From Podarcis gaigeae (lineage: Eukaryota), in NCBI GenBank assembly GCA_964106915.2, contig OZ066920.1: a stretch of DNA of 64,000 nt, one strand, 5' to 3'. Shown in pieces: positions 12,720 to 25,570 of the stretch (position 1 is the stretch's first letter; each line of letters starts with the position of its first letter). Made by a program: the position numbers and the translations under genes. The notes under the pieces are model-generated. The model was not told where the DNA came from. It did not search any database and worked only from the letters and a program-made list of their open reading frames with translations.

Positions 12720-14040
12720 TTGTGAAGTGATTACCTAATTTTGTGGTGTTTTGGATCCAGTGTGGATGGGAATGTGCTGCATTGACAGAATGGAATGCTT
12801 GTGGATTGTTGCTTGTCCCCATGGAGCCTCCAAAGTGGGGTTCTACAGGGGTCAATTGTATCCCCTGTGCAATTTAGCATCTACATGAAACCTCTGAGTA
12901 AGGTCCCTTTGCATTTTGGAGTGCATTGCTAGCACTGTGCTGATGATATGCAGCTCTGTTTCCCTCTTTGCAGCTGCAGGAGTTGCGATGGATATGCTAG
13001 AGGAGTGCCTAGCACTGATAAATGGATGGGAGCCAACAACCTTGATTTAGATAAGACTGTGGCACTGTTAAAAGGGACTCGGGTGGCACTGTGGGTTAAA
13101 CCACAGAGCCTAGGACTTGCTGATCAGAAGGTCAGCGGTTCGAATCCCCACGATGGGGTGAGCTCCCATTGCTCTGTCCCAGCTCCTGCCAACCTAACAG
13201 TTCGAAAGCACGTCAAAGTGCAAGTAGATAAATAGGGACCGCTCCAGCAGGAAGGTAAACGGCGTTTCCATGTGCTGCTCTGGTTCGCCAGAAGCAGCTT
13301 AGTCATGCTGGCCACATGACCCAGAAGCTGTCTGTGGACAAACGCCGGCTCCCTCGGCCTATAGAGCGAGATGAGCACGCAACCCCAGAGTCGGTCACGA
13401 CTGGACCTAATGGTCAGGGTGGTGCTGTTACTGGGTGCTTCACTAAACTGGATGGCTGGAGTTCAGCCTGTTCTGCATGGGGTTAACACTCCTCCTGAAG
13501 GAGCAGGTACACAGTTTGGGGCTACTTCTGGATCTTTTAGTGTCACTTGAGGCACAAGTGATAACCTCTGGACAGTGATAACTTCTGTTATCCACACTCT
13601 GGTAACCTCTAAATTAGATTAATGTGTTACGCACAGGGCTGCCTTTGAAGATGGTTTGGAAACTGCAGCTAGTTCAGAGGCTGGCAGCCAGATTGCCGAT
13701 TGGGATAAGGCAATCTGAGTATATAGCACCAATTCTGGCCTGGCTGCAGGGGCTGCCAATTGGTTTCTGGGCTCAATTCAAAGTGCTGGTTTTTACTAAC
13801 ACAGCCATATGTGGCTCAGGACCCCAATACCTAAGAACCACCACTCCTCATGTGACCCCACATAAATATCAACAGAGGTCCTTCTTGATGTGCCTTCTCT
13901 GAGGGAGGTGTGGAGGGTGGCGGCTCCCCGTTTGTGAAATGCACCTGGGAAGTTCACCAGGTACCACTGTTGTTTGCTTTTAGGCACCAGACTAAAACCT
14001 ATTTGTTTACCCAGGGATGTGACTATTAATTGGGAGGGTA
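12720..14040 (+). mobile_element. Degenerate L2/CR1-clade LINE 3' part (RT domain relic), split by the SINE
   Basis: Decayed RT motifs: tgtgctgatgatatgcagctc (YADDTQL-like), KLQLVQRLAARL, PILAWLQGLPI..AQFKVLV. Confidence 0.7.
13074..13418 (+). mobile_element. Sauria SINE inserted in an L2-type LINE relic
   Basis: Same family as 56928-57290 (gggactcgggtggcactgtgggttaaa...ggttcgaatcccc...gtgcaagtagataaataggg). Tail missing; degenerate 12-bp TSD. Confidence 0.88.
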
Positions 14041-14087
14041 GTAAGTGATGCTTTCATATTCATAGGTCAGCATGCTAAGGTATTGTA

Positions 14088-14318
14088 CAGTGGTACCTCT
14101 GGATGCGAACAGGTTCCGTTCCGGAGCCCCATTCGCATCCTGAAGCGAACACAACCCGCGTGCGCGCGTCTTGCAATTCGCCACTTCTGCACAGGCGCAT
14201 GACGTCATTTTGGGCGTCTGCACATGCGCAAGCAGCAAAACCCGGAAATAACACACTCCATTACTTCCAGGTCACCGCAGAGCGCAACCTGAAGCGACTT
14301 CAACCTGAGGTATGACTG
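14088..14318. mobile_element. Tc1/mariner (Tigger/pogo-type) MITE
   Basis: TA|CAGTGGTACCTC ... GAGGTATGACTG|TA, imperfect TIRs, CpG-rich interior. Confidence 0.8.
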
Positions 14319-15099
14319 TATTTTATACAGAGTTTTAATGTCTTATCCAGTTAGGTTGCTTTGGGACACTCTTCTGTGTTAGAAAAGTGACAAATAAACA
14401 ACAACAACAAAATTGTGAGGCTTTTGTCTGAGATTCTCTTTATAAAGTTAAACGCTGGCTTGTCTGCCACTGCTCATCAGGCAATCTGCAATTTGTGGGG
14501 CAGCTTCCGACTTCCTGGTCCCTGGAACTGTGCAGAAGACAGCTCAAAAGCAATCCTTTAATTCGCAAAGCAAGGAAATTGGATCTGGATTTGCTGAGAG
14601 ACAGTGGTGAACATATGGACCCCCTAAAGCTATTTTTACCAAGACACATTTCAGAGCTGAACTGAACTTCCGCATTCTAACCCTCTCTGTTTTAAAATGT
14701 AAATGCTTTAATTCCAAAGATGCGTGTCAGGGTCCTAAACCAGCCTGAGCAACTGTTAACCAGGACTGTTTAAGATGTGTAGGCAGCTATGCGAACAATA
14801 TTTGGGAACCCGCCTCCAGCTATTTTTATGTTGAGCTTTTTTTTTAAAGAAAAAAATCCTGTATACAAACATTAATTGACTAAGAGATTAGAGTTCTTCT
14901 AAGAACAAAGAAGCCCTTTAATCTACAAAGAGTTGCAAACCAGCCAGCTGCCCATTTGCCATGGAATTCTGTATGGTGATAAATAGCGGCACAGCTATTC
15001 AGGAAGCACGCAAACCTTGGCTCTCTTGCCATAACCCCGAAGCTGTTTTAGTACAAGCTTTCTGTATAAACTTTTACAGGCATGTACATTAAATATCCT

Positions 15100-15139
<40 letters not shown>
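15100..15139. repeat. (CA)n microsatellite ~70 nt downstream of the constant exon 2 donor, (UG)n in the pre-mRNA
   Basis: Directly visible. Confidence 0.95.
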
Positions 15140-15141
<2 letters not shown>

Positions 15142-15208
15142 CCCCCTCCACTCACTCCCAGCACAGCTGAAAGTAATAACATTGGTGAACATGTTAGCTG
15201 CAACTGAC

Positions 15209-15297
15209 CATTTGCTGATGCAAGAATCATGGCTTGAAGCATTTCTGTATCAAACTGGTTGTTTGGCCAAGTCCCATTCTCATCCCCATTCTGAGAC
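15209..15297 (-). CDS. PCDHG: Protocadherin gamma constant exon 2 (89 nt, [29 protein letters not shown])
   Basis: ctttctccttag|GTCTCAGAAT...GCAAATG|gtcagt. Contains the hallmark [19 protein letters not shown]; phase is compatible with exons 1 and 3. Confidence 0.97.
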
Positions 15298-15989
15298 CTA
15301 AGGAGAAAGCAAAGCAAATGGAACATTAAAAAGAGGCAGAGTAGACACAGTGCTAACAATCTAAGAGATCGCTTACTCCACAAAGCACACACAGCGCACT
15401 CTATTCTTAGTATTGTTTTTTTGGGGGGGGGGTGGGGGAGAAAGCACAAGGTACAAGGGAGGTATCCTTTTTTGAGGGACTAATTTCTTCATGGGTGTAC
15501 TCTTAACTGGGAAACTACTGCAAAGCAAAGCTACTGTCCCTTTAAAAGTTGTGCAAGAGTGCTTGTTATGCAAGGAAAAGAAAAAACTTTTCCTACAGAC
15601 ATTCTCTCTGGTACACAACGGTGTCTTATGGCACATTAAAACAGATTTATTGTGACATTAGCTTTTGTGGACTAGAGCCTACTTTGGCAGATGCGTGAAG
15701 TTTTCTCCTCAGTATTTCATGCAACTCATGATTCACAAAGCACATGCTGCAATAATGACAAAAAAATCTGTTATTTTTGCTGCTCACAGGTCTACCCCTC
15801 TGGAATTTACTGTTATTGGAGCCCAAATCTCCAATAACTGGGCATGCTGTTTAGCAGGGCATGTTGCCCCCTTAGTGTACTTAGGATACTGACAATAACT
15901 TGCTGAACACAGTTAAGAAGCTCAACACATAAATTACACATTATGTTGTCATACCCTCCAAAATTTATCCAGTGAGAACAGACGTTCCA

Positions 15990-16400
15990 TTCATAGAATC
16001 ATAGAATCATAGAATCATGATTTGAAAGAGACCACAAGGGCCATCGAGTCCAACCCCCTGCCAAGCAGGAAACACCATCAGAGCACTCCTGACATATGGT
16101 TGTCAAGCCTCTGCTTAAAGACCTCCAAAGAAGGAGACTCCACCACACTCCCTGGCAGCAAATTCCATTGTCGAACAGCTCTTACTGTCAGGAATGTTTA
16201 GGTGGAATCTACTTTCTTGTAGTTTGGATCCATTGCTCCGTGTCTGCTTCTCTGGAGCAGCAGAAAACAACCTTTCTCCCTCCTCTATGTGACATCCTTT
16301 TATATATTTGAACATGGCTATCATATCACCCCTTAACCTCCTCTTCTCCAGGCTAAACATGCCCAGCTCCCTTAGCCGTTCCTCATAAGGCATCGTTTCC
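15990..16400 (-). mobile_element. CR1 LINE 3' fragment
   Basis: ORF2 C-terminus YEERLRELGMFSLEKRRLRGDMIAMFKYIKG and an (ATTCTATG)n tail. Confidence 0.93.
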
Positions 16401-16696
16401 ATAATGATAATTTTACTATTTATACCCCACACATCTTACAGGGTTGCCTCAGGCAGTCTGGGCAGCTTCCAACATACATAAAAACATAATAAACATGAAA
16501 CATTAAAAAAACTTCCCTATACAGGATTGCCTTCAGATGGCTCAGGGGTCAGATAACTCTACAACCTCCAACATTTCTCCAATGAAAATAGGGACATTCT
16601 AAGGAAAAGTGGGACATTCCGGGATCAAATGAGAAACCTGGATGGTGTCTCTAAATCAGGGACATCCCTGGAAAATAGGGACACTTGGAGAGTCTG
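16401..16696 (-). mobile_element. Composite repeat: L2-type 3' tail element plus GGGACA-rich MITE-like segment
   Basis: The tail segment recurs at 48340-48425, 59620-59710 and 63085-63190 (ctgaaggca..cctgtatagggaag..gttggaagc.gcccagagtggct). Repeated aaatagggaca units. Confidence 0.55.
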
Positions 16697-17592
16697 TAAT
16701 GCATTTGTGCCTGAGTATGTGCCTCTGTATCCTGACAATAAGTAATGGTAGATTCTTACTCCTCTCTTCTGAAACTGTGAGCCAGGAGTTTCATGTCAGG
16801 GTGCAAGGATCCAGGTGGATTAGGATACCCACTGCTTCTCTCTCATTCTTGAAAAGCCGTGTTTCATATATATTTCATTTTTTAACAATAAGTAGCACAA
16901 TGCCATGGGAAAAATAAAACTCCCCCCTTCTATCAAGCCACATCCATGAAGAGGTGCAATCAGAGGCTTTTGGACCCACAAAGCTCTATTTGGTGCTTAC
17001 ATTAAAACAAAAGGCGGTATGGGAGACGCGGAAATTGGCAGCACTTTCTACCAAATCAAGATGTCAAAGCAGATCCCTTCAGCTGCAGAACCACTTTACA
17101 CTGCCTGTAAAACTGTTTCTTGAGCTGTTGACTCAGCTAATTCTAATATCCTGGTGTCTACTTCTTGCATTGATTTATAGTCTGACCTTATTTGTATACT
17201 TACAAGCAGGTCCCACTGATTCAAAGTAATCCGAACTTACTTCCAAATAAGTGCAGCTGTAGGGACAACCATGCAACTCCATCACTGCTTGGCCTTCAAT
17301 GCTTTCCCAATGTCCGCAATATACTCTAAAATACCTTTAAAAAAGTAATCACTGGGCAGTTACTAAGAGTACAATCCACCATGGTGACTGAGGCCAGTTC
17401 ATTTCCCAAACCCAGATTGGAACGGGTCCAGATAATCTGCTTCTTCCAAGAGTACCTGGAGTTGAGCTGTCATTAGCTTCTCTAGAACCTTCACCTAAAA
17501 CAGGGTGTTTGTGACAAAGCAGTATTGTCATAAAACTCTGGGTCCAGGGTAGGATCCTTCAAGAATGGGCACACTACTGCCCTTTAGATATT

Positions 17593-17897
17593 TCATAGAA
17601 TCATAGAATTGGAAGGGTCCCAAGGGGCATCTAGTCCAACTCCCTACAATGCAGCAGGAATCTCATCTAAAGCATCCCTGACAGATGGCCGTCCAAACTC
17701 TACTTAAAAACCTCCAAGGAAGGAGAGTCCACAACCTCCCGAGGGAGATTTGACAATGGCTAACCTATCTTCTCTCAGTCTCCTCTTCTCTAGGCTAACA
17801 TACCCAACTCTCTCAACCATTTCCCATAAGGTTTGGTTTCCAGACCCTTAACCATCTTGGCTGCCCTCCTCTATACACGCTCCAGCTTGTCAATATC
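17593..17897 (-). mobile_element. CR1 LINE 3' fragment (degenerate)
   Basis: catagaatcatagaa tail, ctagtccaac hairpin, and similarity to 15990-16400. Confidence 0.8.
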
Positions 17898-20800
17898 ATC
17901 GTAATGAGCTCACACAGGAGATAACTATTGCTATGAGGCCAAAGCCTCACCAAAAGGTAGTCTGGCCATGACAACTGTACACCAGCAGTATCCCCCATCT
18001 ATTTCTTTGGCTCAACACCAGGAATGGTGTTGATTTTTTTTGCTGAGAATAATGCAGTGTCTATGTTTAGAACTCCAAATATGCTGTTGGCTGAAATGAT
18101 ATTTTCAGTTATTCCCAAAGGAACATTTATTAAGAAAATAATCCTTATTGTTCTAAAAAAGAGAAAACTTAACTGAGATAGTTTCTAATTAAAAACAAGG
18201 AAATAAAACTTGCCATCCTGTTTAGAAGATAGTAGAAAAGTCTGAACATAAAACAGACTGCCAGCTACCAGAGTAATTGCTTGTCTTTATTAGGGTGTAA
18301 TCCTATGCCCAGTTACCCGGGAGAAAGCCCTGTTGAACTCAATGGGACTTACTGCCATACATTTTTACTCTGCCTTTCAGCCAACTGCCTAGGGAGGCTT
18401 AAATGAAACTAATAGAAATAGTGCAATCAATAAAAGTAGAGGATCTAATAAACAAGTGGGAAAGCAGAATAAAAATATAAGGCTGCTTTGTATGAGTGTG
18501 TATACTGCCTTGTACTCTTCAGAATCATCCCATGTTCAAAAAGGGTGGAACAGCAAATCAGTTACTTTGCCAAAAATTGCAGGATATGACAAAGAAGCTT
18601 GGCACATAGGAAGCACTCTTGACTATGTTTCCCGCATAGGCAAATGTCCCCCCGTTGGGGTGCTCAAACCAAAAAAGCCGTGTCTCCTCACACAGTGGGG
18701 GCAACCCAGAAAAGGAAGAAGCTGTCAGGCTAGTTAGCAGACAGAATTAGAACAAACTAGAAAATATTATATGTTAGGTTATGCAGTTATGCTATATATA
18801 ATGTAAAGTACAACCCTGCCTTCCTCTGTCACTGTGTTATTTTCACATCCTTGGTGTGAAAGACAGAGGGGGGCAAGAACAGGAATGCAAAGTACTGGTA
18901 TGAATTAATCCGCTCTTCGGCTTAAATAAAAACAAGAAATGTTTCCTGATTTGGCAGAGCTCTAGCCATTACAGCTCAGCATCTTCCGAAGGCTAGGAGG
19001 CCCTCCTGTATCTAGCACACTGGCAGTTTCTATGGCAACCTGCTGTGTATGCGTGCTACATCAATTGCATCACAAACACTTCTTCCATTAAACCACTGTA
19101 TGTCTGTGCTGCATTTAACTGGCATTTTCTATGGAATGTGTTAGTTCCGCTGGATTTTCTTTTGCGAGAGAAGAGGAGAGGCCATGGCGGAGGATGTGCT
19201 GTCGTGCTGAAGGTTCCTGGTTCAATGTTTTCATTAAAAGGATGTTGGCCAGAAGGGCAGAAAACCTTTGCCTGAGAACCTTGGGGACCCACTGCCAGTT
19301 AGGGTGAGCTCAGTGGACCAATGGCCTCCTCACCCAGGGCAAGGCAGGGATCGGAAAAGGAAGCGAGGCTTTCTAGCCAAGGTCCTTCATTGTCTATGTT
19401 TGCCTGTATAAGGAGGGGAGGGGGGAACACCTTTCAGAACAGAAAGGCAATGGAGTGGCAGTGGATGGTAGGGAGGGAGGGAAGAGAGCAATTTCAAACA
19501 GATCTTGCACTGCAAGTACCTCTGGAGATGCCACCTACAAACTCCTGGGTTACTGACTGTGAAGAAAAGACTCTGACCCCAAGGAGCTTGCATACAGACA
19601 CACACACAGCACAGCTACATCGGCCAGTTGAAAAATGGGCAATTCTAGTGCAAGGTTGGCTGTTAAAGGCAAGTAAGACAAGGTGGCCGCCCTACTCCTG
19701 CAGTACTTCATTGGTAACTCCAGGGAATTCTGGTATGGCACAAATGATTCCAAGCACCTGCCTGCTAATTGTGTCTCTCAGTATCCACTGAGTCTCTCTT
19801 GCCCCAGGAAAAAAAATCTCTGAACTGCACTGTGAGCCACAGACACCATTTGCAATCAGATTTCAAGAAATATCATGTTAGACTGATTTATTAAAATGCA
19901 GTTGTGTGAAGGGGGGAAATGTGTGTATGTGTGGGGGCGGGGAGGAATGGACTGCTACTTTAAAAACAGCAATACTGTTTCTGTACCTTCAAAAATAGTA
20001 TTGGGTGGAGCTTTCCCCATAATTTTCTCTTCCTGCCAAGAGAAGCTCCACCTGCTATTAAAGGTGAAGAAGCAGTGCCAGTGAGAAAGGTGGCAACCCT
20101 ACAGGTTGTAAGGATACAATTGGTCACCTTTGCCCAGGGAAACTAATGGACAGCTGCTGTTAAGCTTCTAGTAAAATCCCTCATTAGCACTGTCCCAATG
20201 ATAAGAAGCTGCTTTAAATATAGACAGTAGATTGCAGGCGATTATAGACAATTAGGATCGCCACATTTCCTCCCCCAGCAGTGCTCCTCTGCCTCATCAC
20301 AGTTATTGGAGGCGTTCATTATCACTCCATGCAAGGGGGGTGGGAACTTCACTTGCAGAATTTCTGCTTTCATACATTTAAAAGGCACAGGTGATTCGCT
20401 AGAAAAAATACAGACAATCGCACAGATTACTACACAGTTATCAAATCTGCAGGAGATCACTTATTTGGGAGAAGAGGACTGCAGACAATTGTGTAAGAGT
20501 GCTAAAAACTGCAGATTTATTTCTATATAAAGGGAGCATAAGACTGGAGAAAGAGGTCTTAGGTCCTAGTTAAGGAAATGCTTAGAAAATGCAGTGGAAG
20601 TAGTCAACTCGAGGACAAGGTGCCATGGATCAGCATTACTAGGCACCCACAGAGACCGAAGCCCCAACAGAAGAGGGTCCACCGCTAAATCCTATTGATT
20701 GGCTTAAAACATTTCTATACTGCTCTTCAGTTAAGAGTTTCCAAGGAAGTATTACAACAGCATCAATAAAATGGTTGAGAGAGCACAACAAACAATCCAA

Positions 20801-21029
20801 GTGGATATATAAAAATGCACCAGAAATTAAAAACCTGGGGAAATAAAAAGGCATTTGTCTGGTGCCTAGCAGATATTAACACAGGCACTAGGCAAGCCTC
20901 CCTAGGAGAGAGCCCCACAAGGGGTGCTACAAGTGAGAAGGCCCTGTCTGGCTGTTGCTATCCGGTCCTCGGCCACTCTAGGAAACACACAAGCACACAC
21001 AACCCCAGGAAGCGTCCAGTGATGTGAAG

Positions 21030-21106
21030 GAATCATAGAATCGTAGACTTGTAGAGTTGGAAGAGACCCTGAGGGTCATCTAGTCCAACCCGCTGCAATG
21101 CAGGAT
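21030..21106 (-). mobile_element. CR1 3' end fragment
   Basis: aatcatagaatc...gagttggaagagaccctgagggtcatctagtccaacc. Confidence 0.7.
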
Positions 21107-23350
21107 TATGCAGCTGCCCCTATGAAGACTGAAATGGCAACCCTGGCATTATCAGCACCATGATCTAACCACCACCACAAATCAACAGGAGCTGAACCAC
21201 ACCTGCCACTCCAGGCGTGTGAGCAGGGCAAGAGCAAGGAGGAGGAGAAGTCACAGAAACAGCAGCCACCCCCACCTCTCTCTTTCAGCAGCAGTGTGGG
21301 GCTGGACCCAAAGGAGGAGAGATGCCACCAAAGAGGATGTGGGCCCATCTTGTCCAATCTCCACTGCCTCTCCCAACCAAAAAGTCAACAGACAAACCCC
21401 TGAGTATCTTGAGCCTCCCCCTCCCCATTTTTATCTACAATCTTTGCTGAACTGGGGGCAGAAACAGTAGACCAAGACGAAATGAAATTAAACCACTGAG
21501 AATATACATTGATCGTGCCAAATACTGATCTAAAATTTGGAAATGGCCATATGTGCAACTGCTCAGGGGGGGAAATGCTCCTGTGCCATTAACAAGGGTC
21601 TGACTGGAAGAAATCAGAAGTGAAGCTTTTCATGCCATGGAGCAAATCACCTGTTCACTGCTGAAGCTCAAATGGTTAAGGAAGAGCTAAAAGGACTGGC
21701 TGAAAAGTTGGCAGCTCTGCTGCAGCAGCAGCAGCAGCAAGTCTGGACAACCAGGAAGCTCAAACTGAGCTTTTCCTTGAGGGCTGAAGAATGCTGCCTT
21801 CTATGATGATGTTGCTTCTAATCTAGGAACAAAAAGCCCTTCATCAAACACTCAGTGACCTATTTTACTACAGTACAGTATATTTACTGCATTCTGGATT
21901 GGAGTTGCCAACATTTTCTGGCCGATTTTCTGAGCCTTTAACAGGTGTGTAAGAAGATTTCTGCAAGTGAAGCCTTTCCCTCTCATTAGGCATCTGTGCA
22001 ATTGGGAAAAGTTTCAACTACTGGCACTTTCCCCAATTATGCAGATGTGGTGATGAGAGCAAAAGGTTTCACATAATGTATTCCTGCTTGTACAGCTGCA
22101 GTTCAGTTTGCAGAAGCCTGCTGGGACAAGCATCTCAGATCTATTCAGATGCAGGCATTATGTGCCTCCTTTTTTTACCCTAAGCTACCTCTTTAATATA
22201 TTCCATCTTTTGTAGGATATTATTATTATTATTAAAAACAGCCAGGTGATTTATCCAATTTGCAGTATTTTTATGAATTGGGTAGGCGGGGGGTGCAACA
22301 CAACTCTGGTGGACACCAGCTTTCTTGTGTCAATTCCCTAAGCAAAATAAGAATATATCAGAATGTATATCCAGTAAATCCACTTTGTCTGTTCTCCTGC
22401 TCTGGAAGTTCTAAAAAAACTCTGCTCAGGGACAGGTGTGTCTCCATTGTTGATTTCGCAATCAAAGGACTGTCAAGTTCAATTGGCCAATAGATGCTTA
22501 AACATCTGTTACTAAAGAGTTTTCTGAATGACAAAAGTAGGCATATTGCCATAATTAGTATTTTTAATGGCCCAAGTTACTTCTTTCAATGTAATTGGGT
22601 ACAAGGTACTAGGGTGACCACATCTGGTAAAGCTCACCCCACCATGAATATTTATGCCAGATATTTCTCCATGTCAGGCTGATGTTAAAGGTACAAAGAG
22701 TAGGGGCAGAGATAAGAGACATCTGTACCAGTGCTCCACCTGCATTGTTTTGATGTAAACACTTTTGATGTAAGTGTTAGCCTCCAGATTGCGGTGGCAG
22801 TGGGTGGGAAGGCAGAGGATGAGAGCGAGGCTGGCTTGCCTGTGTCTACCTTATTATGACTTCATGGCAGAGGTGACATTTGAACCTGAGTCAGCACTCT
22901 GTCTCTTTGCCATGGCTCTACATCAGCTTTCTTTTAAAAGCTTCTGATTACCCGAGTAAAAGACACTGGAGCAGAAACCCCTTTTAAAAGTACACAACCC
23001 TGCTATTGGCAACTTGAAAAACAAGTGCCTGGTTCTAGAGTTAAGACATTTGTGGCTCATGGTCCATCTGCACTTCCCTTTGTCTCACGATTTCAAGTGT
23101 CAGAGAGGGGTTTTGGGGCCTGCAGTTTCCCCCAGGAAAACCCGTTGCTTACTGCTTAATCAGAACAAACATCAATCTGCAGAAAACCCAAACATTTATT
23201 TGGGGGGGGGGGCAAAGTGCCTCAGCCCTCAGGAGCTGGCGCCTATGGATGGAGGTGTCCAGGGGAACTCCAAAGAGAATGGGCTGAGAGCAGTGCAACT
23301 TTGCACCCACTTCTCAGTATTTCTGCAGCTTTCAATACCATTGACTATGG

Positions 23351-23681
23351 CAGAGGTTTTCAACCTTTTGGAGTCCACGGCTCCCTTGACCAACCACATT
23401 TCTGCAGGACCCCTGTGGGGCTCAGATGCCCAGTTGTGTCACCCCTTGCCTGCAGAGTTGGCAGCCTCCCCTCAACCTGTTCCCCTCTCCCCTCCCCTCT
23501 CCTTGAGAGTCCTCTGGGCAGCCACTGCTGCCACCCCTAGTCCCCCTGCCCCCAAAAAAGAGGTGTCTCCCAGAGGCACCATTCACCTGCAGGGCTTATA
23601 GCCCGGGCTGCTGCAACAAACAGCTGTGCAAATCTTTGGGAGGCTGAGACTTGAGAAGGCATCAAAGGAGGGAGGGAGGGA

Positions 23682-23737
<56 letters not shown>

Positions 23738-23827
23738 GGGACAGAGGCCAGTGTTGCCCACAGCACCCCTGACCATCATTCAAGGCACCCTGGGATGCCA
23801 CGGCACACTGGACTATGAATACCTCTG
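23351..23827. mobile_element. hAT-type MITE nested in an L2 RT relic; contains (GAAA)n at ~23680-23735
   Basis: Termini CAGAGGTTTT...AATACCTCTG with perfect 8-bp TSD GACTATGG (23343-23350 / 23828-23835). Removing it rejoins the RT motif SAAFNTIDY-GILLDWL. Confidence 0.8.
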
Positions 23828-25106
23828 GACTATGGAATCCTCCTGGACTGGCTCTGTGAAGTGGGGATCTGGGGGCACTGTACTACAGTTGTCCTGGTCC
23901 CACCTATGGGACCAAGTGCAGAAAGGAGCACTGGAAAAGTGCTTTTTGGCTCCCTGGCAGTTATGCCACAGGCCACTGTTTTATCCCCAATGCTATGAAA
24001 CCACTGGGAGTAGTCATTAGGAGTTTAGGGGCAGGAGGCCATTCGTATGCTGACAATGCTCAGGTCTATTTTTTGAAAACATCTGAATCAGGGGAGGTCA
24101 TGCAGGCCTGAATACAATGGTGGACTACATGAGGGAAAATAAACTGAGCTCGAATCCTGGCAAGACAGAGGCACTGTGGGTATAGAAATTAAATAAATAA
24201 TAATATATTTTGTAAACCGCTTAGAAGTTTTATTTATAAACAAGCAGTATATAAATTTTGCTAAATCAATCAATTACAGTCACCTGAGACACAGACTCAC
24301 CATGCAACTTTCAATAAGGGGATAACAGCTTCTATTTACAAAGCTGCTGTATTGTCACCACTCTTTCCTTTGGGATTTTTGTTCATTTGTTACAACACCC
24401 CAAGGCTATTCATATTCTATATATTCAATTTATTCTGGACAATATTGAACTTGACATCCTTGATTAATAAGAGGACAGTTTTCAGAGCTAGAAGTGTGTC
24501 GGGCCCATAGAGGGAAGCAAAACCTACAAAAGGAGTCAGTCCTGTGGCACCTTTAAAAGCTATTGTGTTTGTTAAAGGCAGAATCTTTTGCAGGCTAGAG
24601 CCCAACTTTATCACATGACGACAATGTCAAGGAGTTTTCAAGGTGTTGCTTCATTCTAGCATGGTTGTCTGTGGTTTGGGGTGCTGCTGGCTTTCTCCAG
24701 CTGTCTCAGATATTCATTATCTGAGGGATGCAGAAAGTCCTACCAGACCATGTTTTCATCATCCAGCATCCTCCTCCAATCTACATGACTGTGTATTCCA
24801 AGTTTTGGCCAGCCCCTTTAACTGCAATTCGTTCTGCAGCAAATTAATGGTGAAACACCTTGCTCCATACTACCACTTGACGACTTTTGCAGAGGCACAG
24901 AGTGAGAGCTTTCTTTTTTGGCCAACTGGCAACCCTATAATAATAAGCAATTCAGCTCAGTTGGATTTACTTAATAGCTTGACAAGAGATTGTTGGTAAG
25001 TCATTTAGTTCTCTCATTTATTTACAACCCAGCTTCTTCTTTTTTGGTAACATTAGATAGAACCAGACAACCAGTATAACAAGAAGCTCAGGAATATGCC
25101 TTAACC

Positions 25107-25244
25107 CAAGGATAGGGTATCTGTGACCCTCCAGATGTTGTTGGACTCCAACTCCCATCAGTCTCAGCCAGGGTGGTCAACAGTCAGGGATGATAGGAGC
25201 TGTAGTCTGGACACATCTGGAGGACCATGGGTTCCCCATTCCTG
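25107..25244. mobile_element. Palindromic hAT-type MITE
   Basis: ctccagatgt...aactcccatca / tgataggagc...acatctggag inverted arms; 8-bp TSD CCTTAACC/CCTTAATC. Confidence 0.75.
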
Positions 25245-25511
25245 CCTTAATCCATAGGTTGGTTCATTCACTGCATATGGAAAACTGAAGTGTGAGATAA
25301 CATAGACTCAAACTCACACAACCCTTTCGAATTTCTTTTAGCACGATGTATTATAGAAATGGTGGCAGAACAGCTGTAGAGAAAGATCAGGCTGCTGCCG
25401 CCTCAGCTGTGCATCCATATATTGAGTGCATTTCCACAACAGCACAGAACGAAAATCCATAGCTGGAACTCTGGAACAGCTCTGCAGAAGATGAGAAAAT
25501 AAATAACTCAC

Positions 25512-25570
25512 CCACTGGTTCCTGGTCTCTGGGCCTGAGAGAAACGCCAGTCTGTGTTAGGTTGTGCTTG
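25512..25570 (-). CDS. PCDHG: Protocadherin gamma constant exon 1 (59 nt, [20 protein letters not shown])
   Basis: Minus strand tttctcttgcag|CAAGCACAACCTAACACAGACTGGCGTTTC...ACCAGTGG|gtgagt. Peptide and length match the known gamma constant exon 1. Missed by the ORF track. Confidence 0.97.

Noticed and set aside
15048-15449. 133-aa ORF containing [11 protein letters not shown]
   Set aside because: Only 15209-15297 is exon; the rest is intron and (TG)n translation.
15620-15700. Possible Penelope hammerhead ribozyme relics (also ~24530-24620 and ~62400-62530)
   Set aside because: The catalytic core CUGAnGA...GAAA is mutated in each copy.
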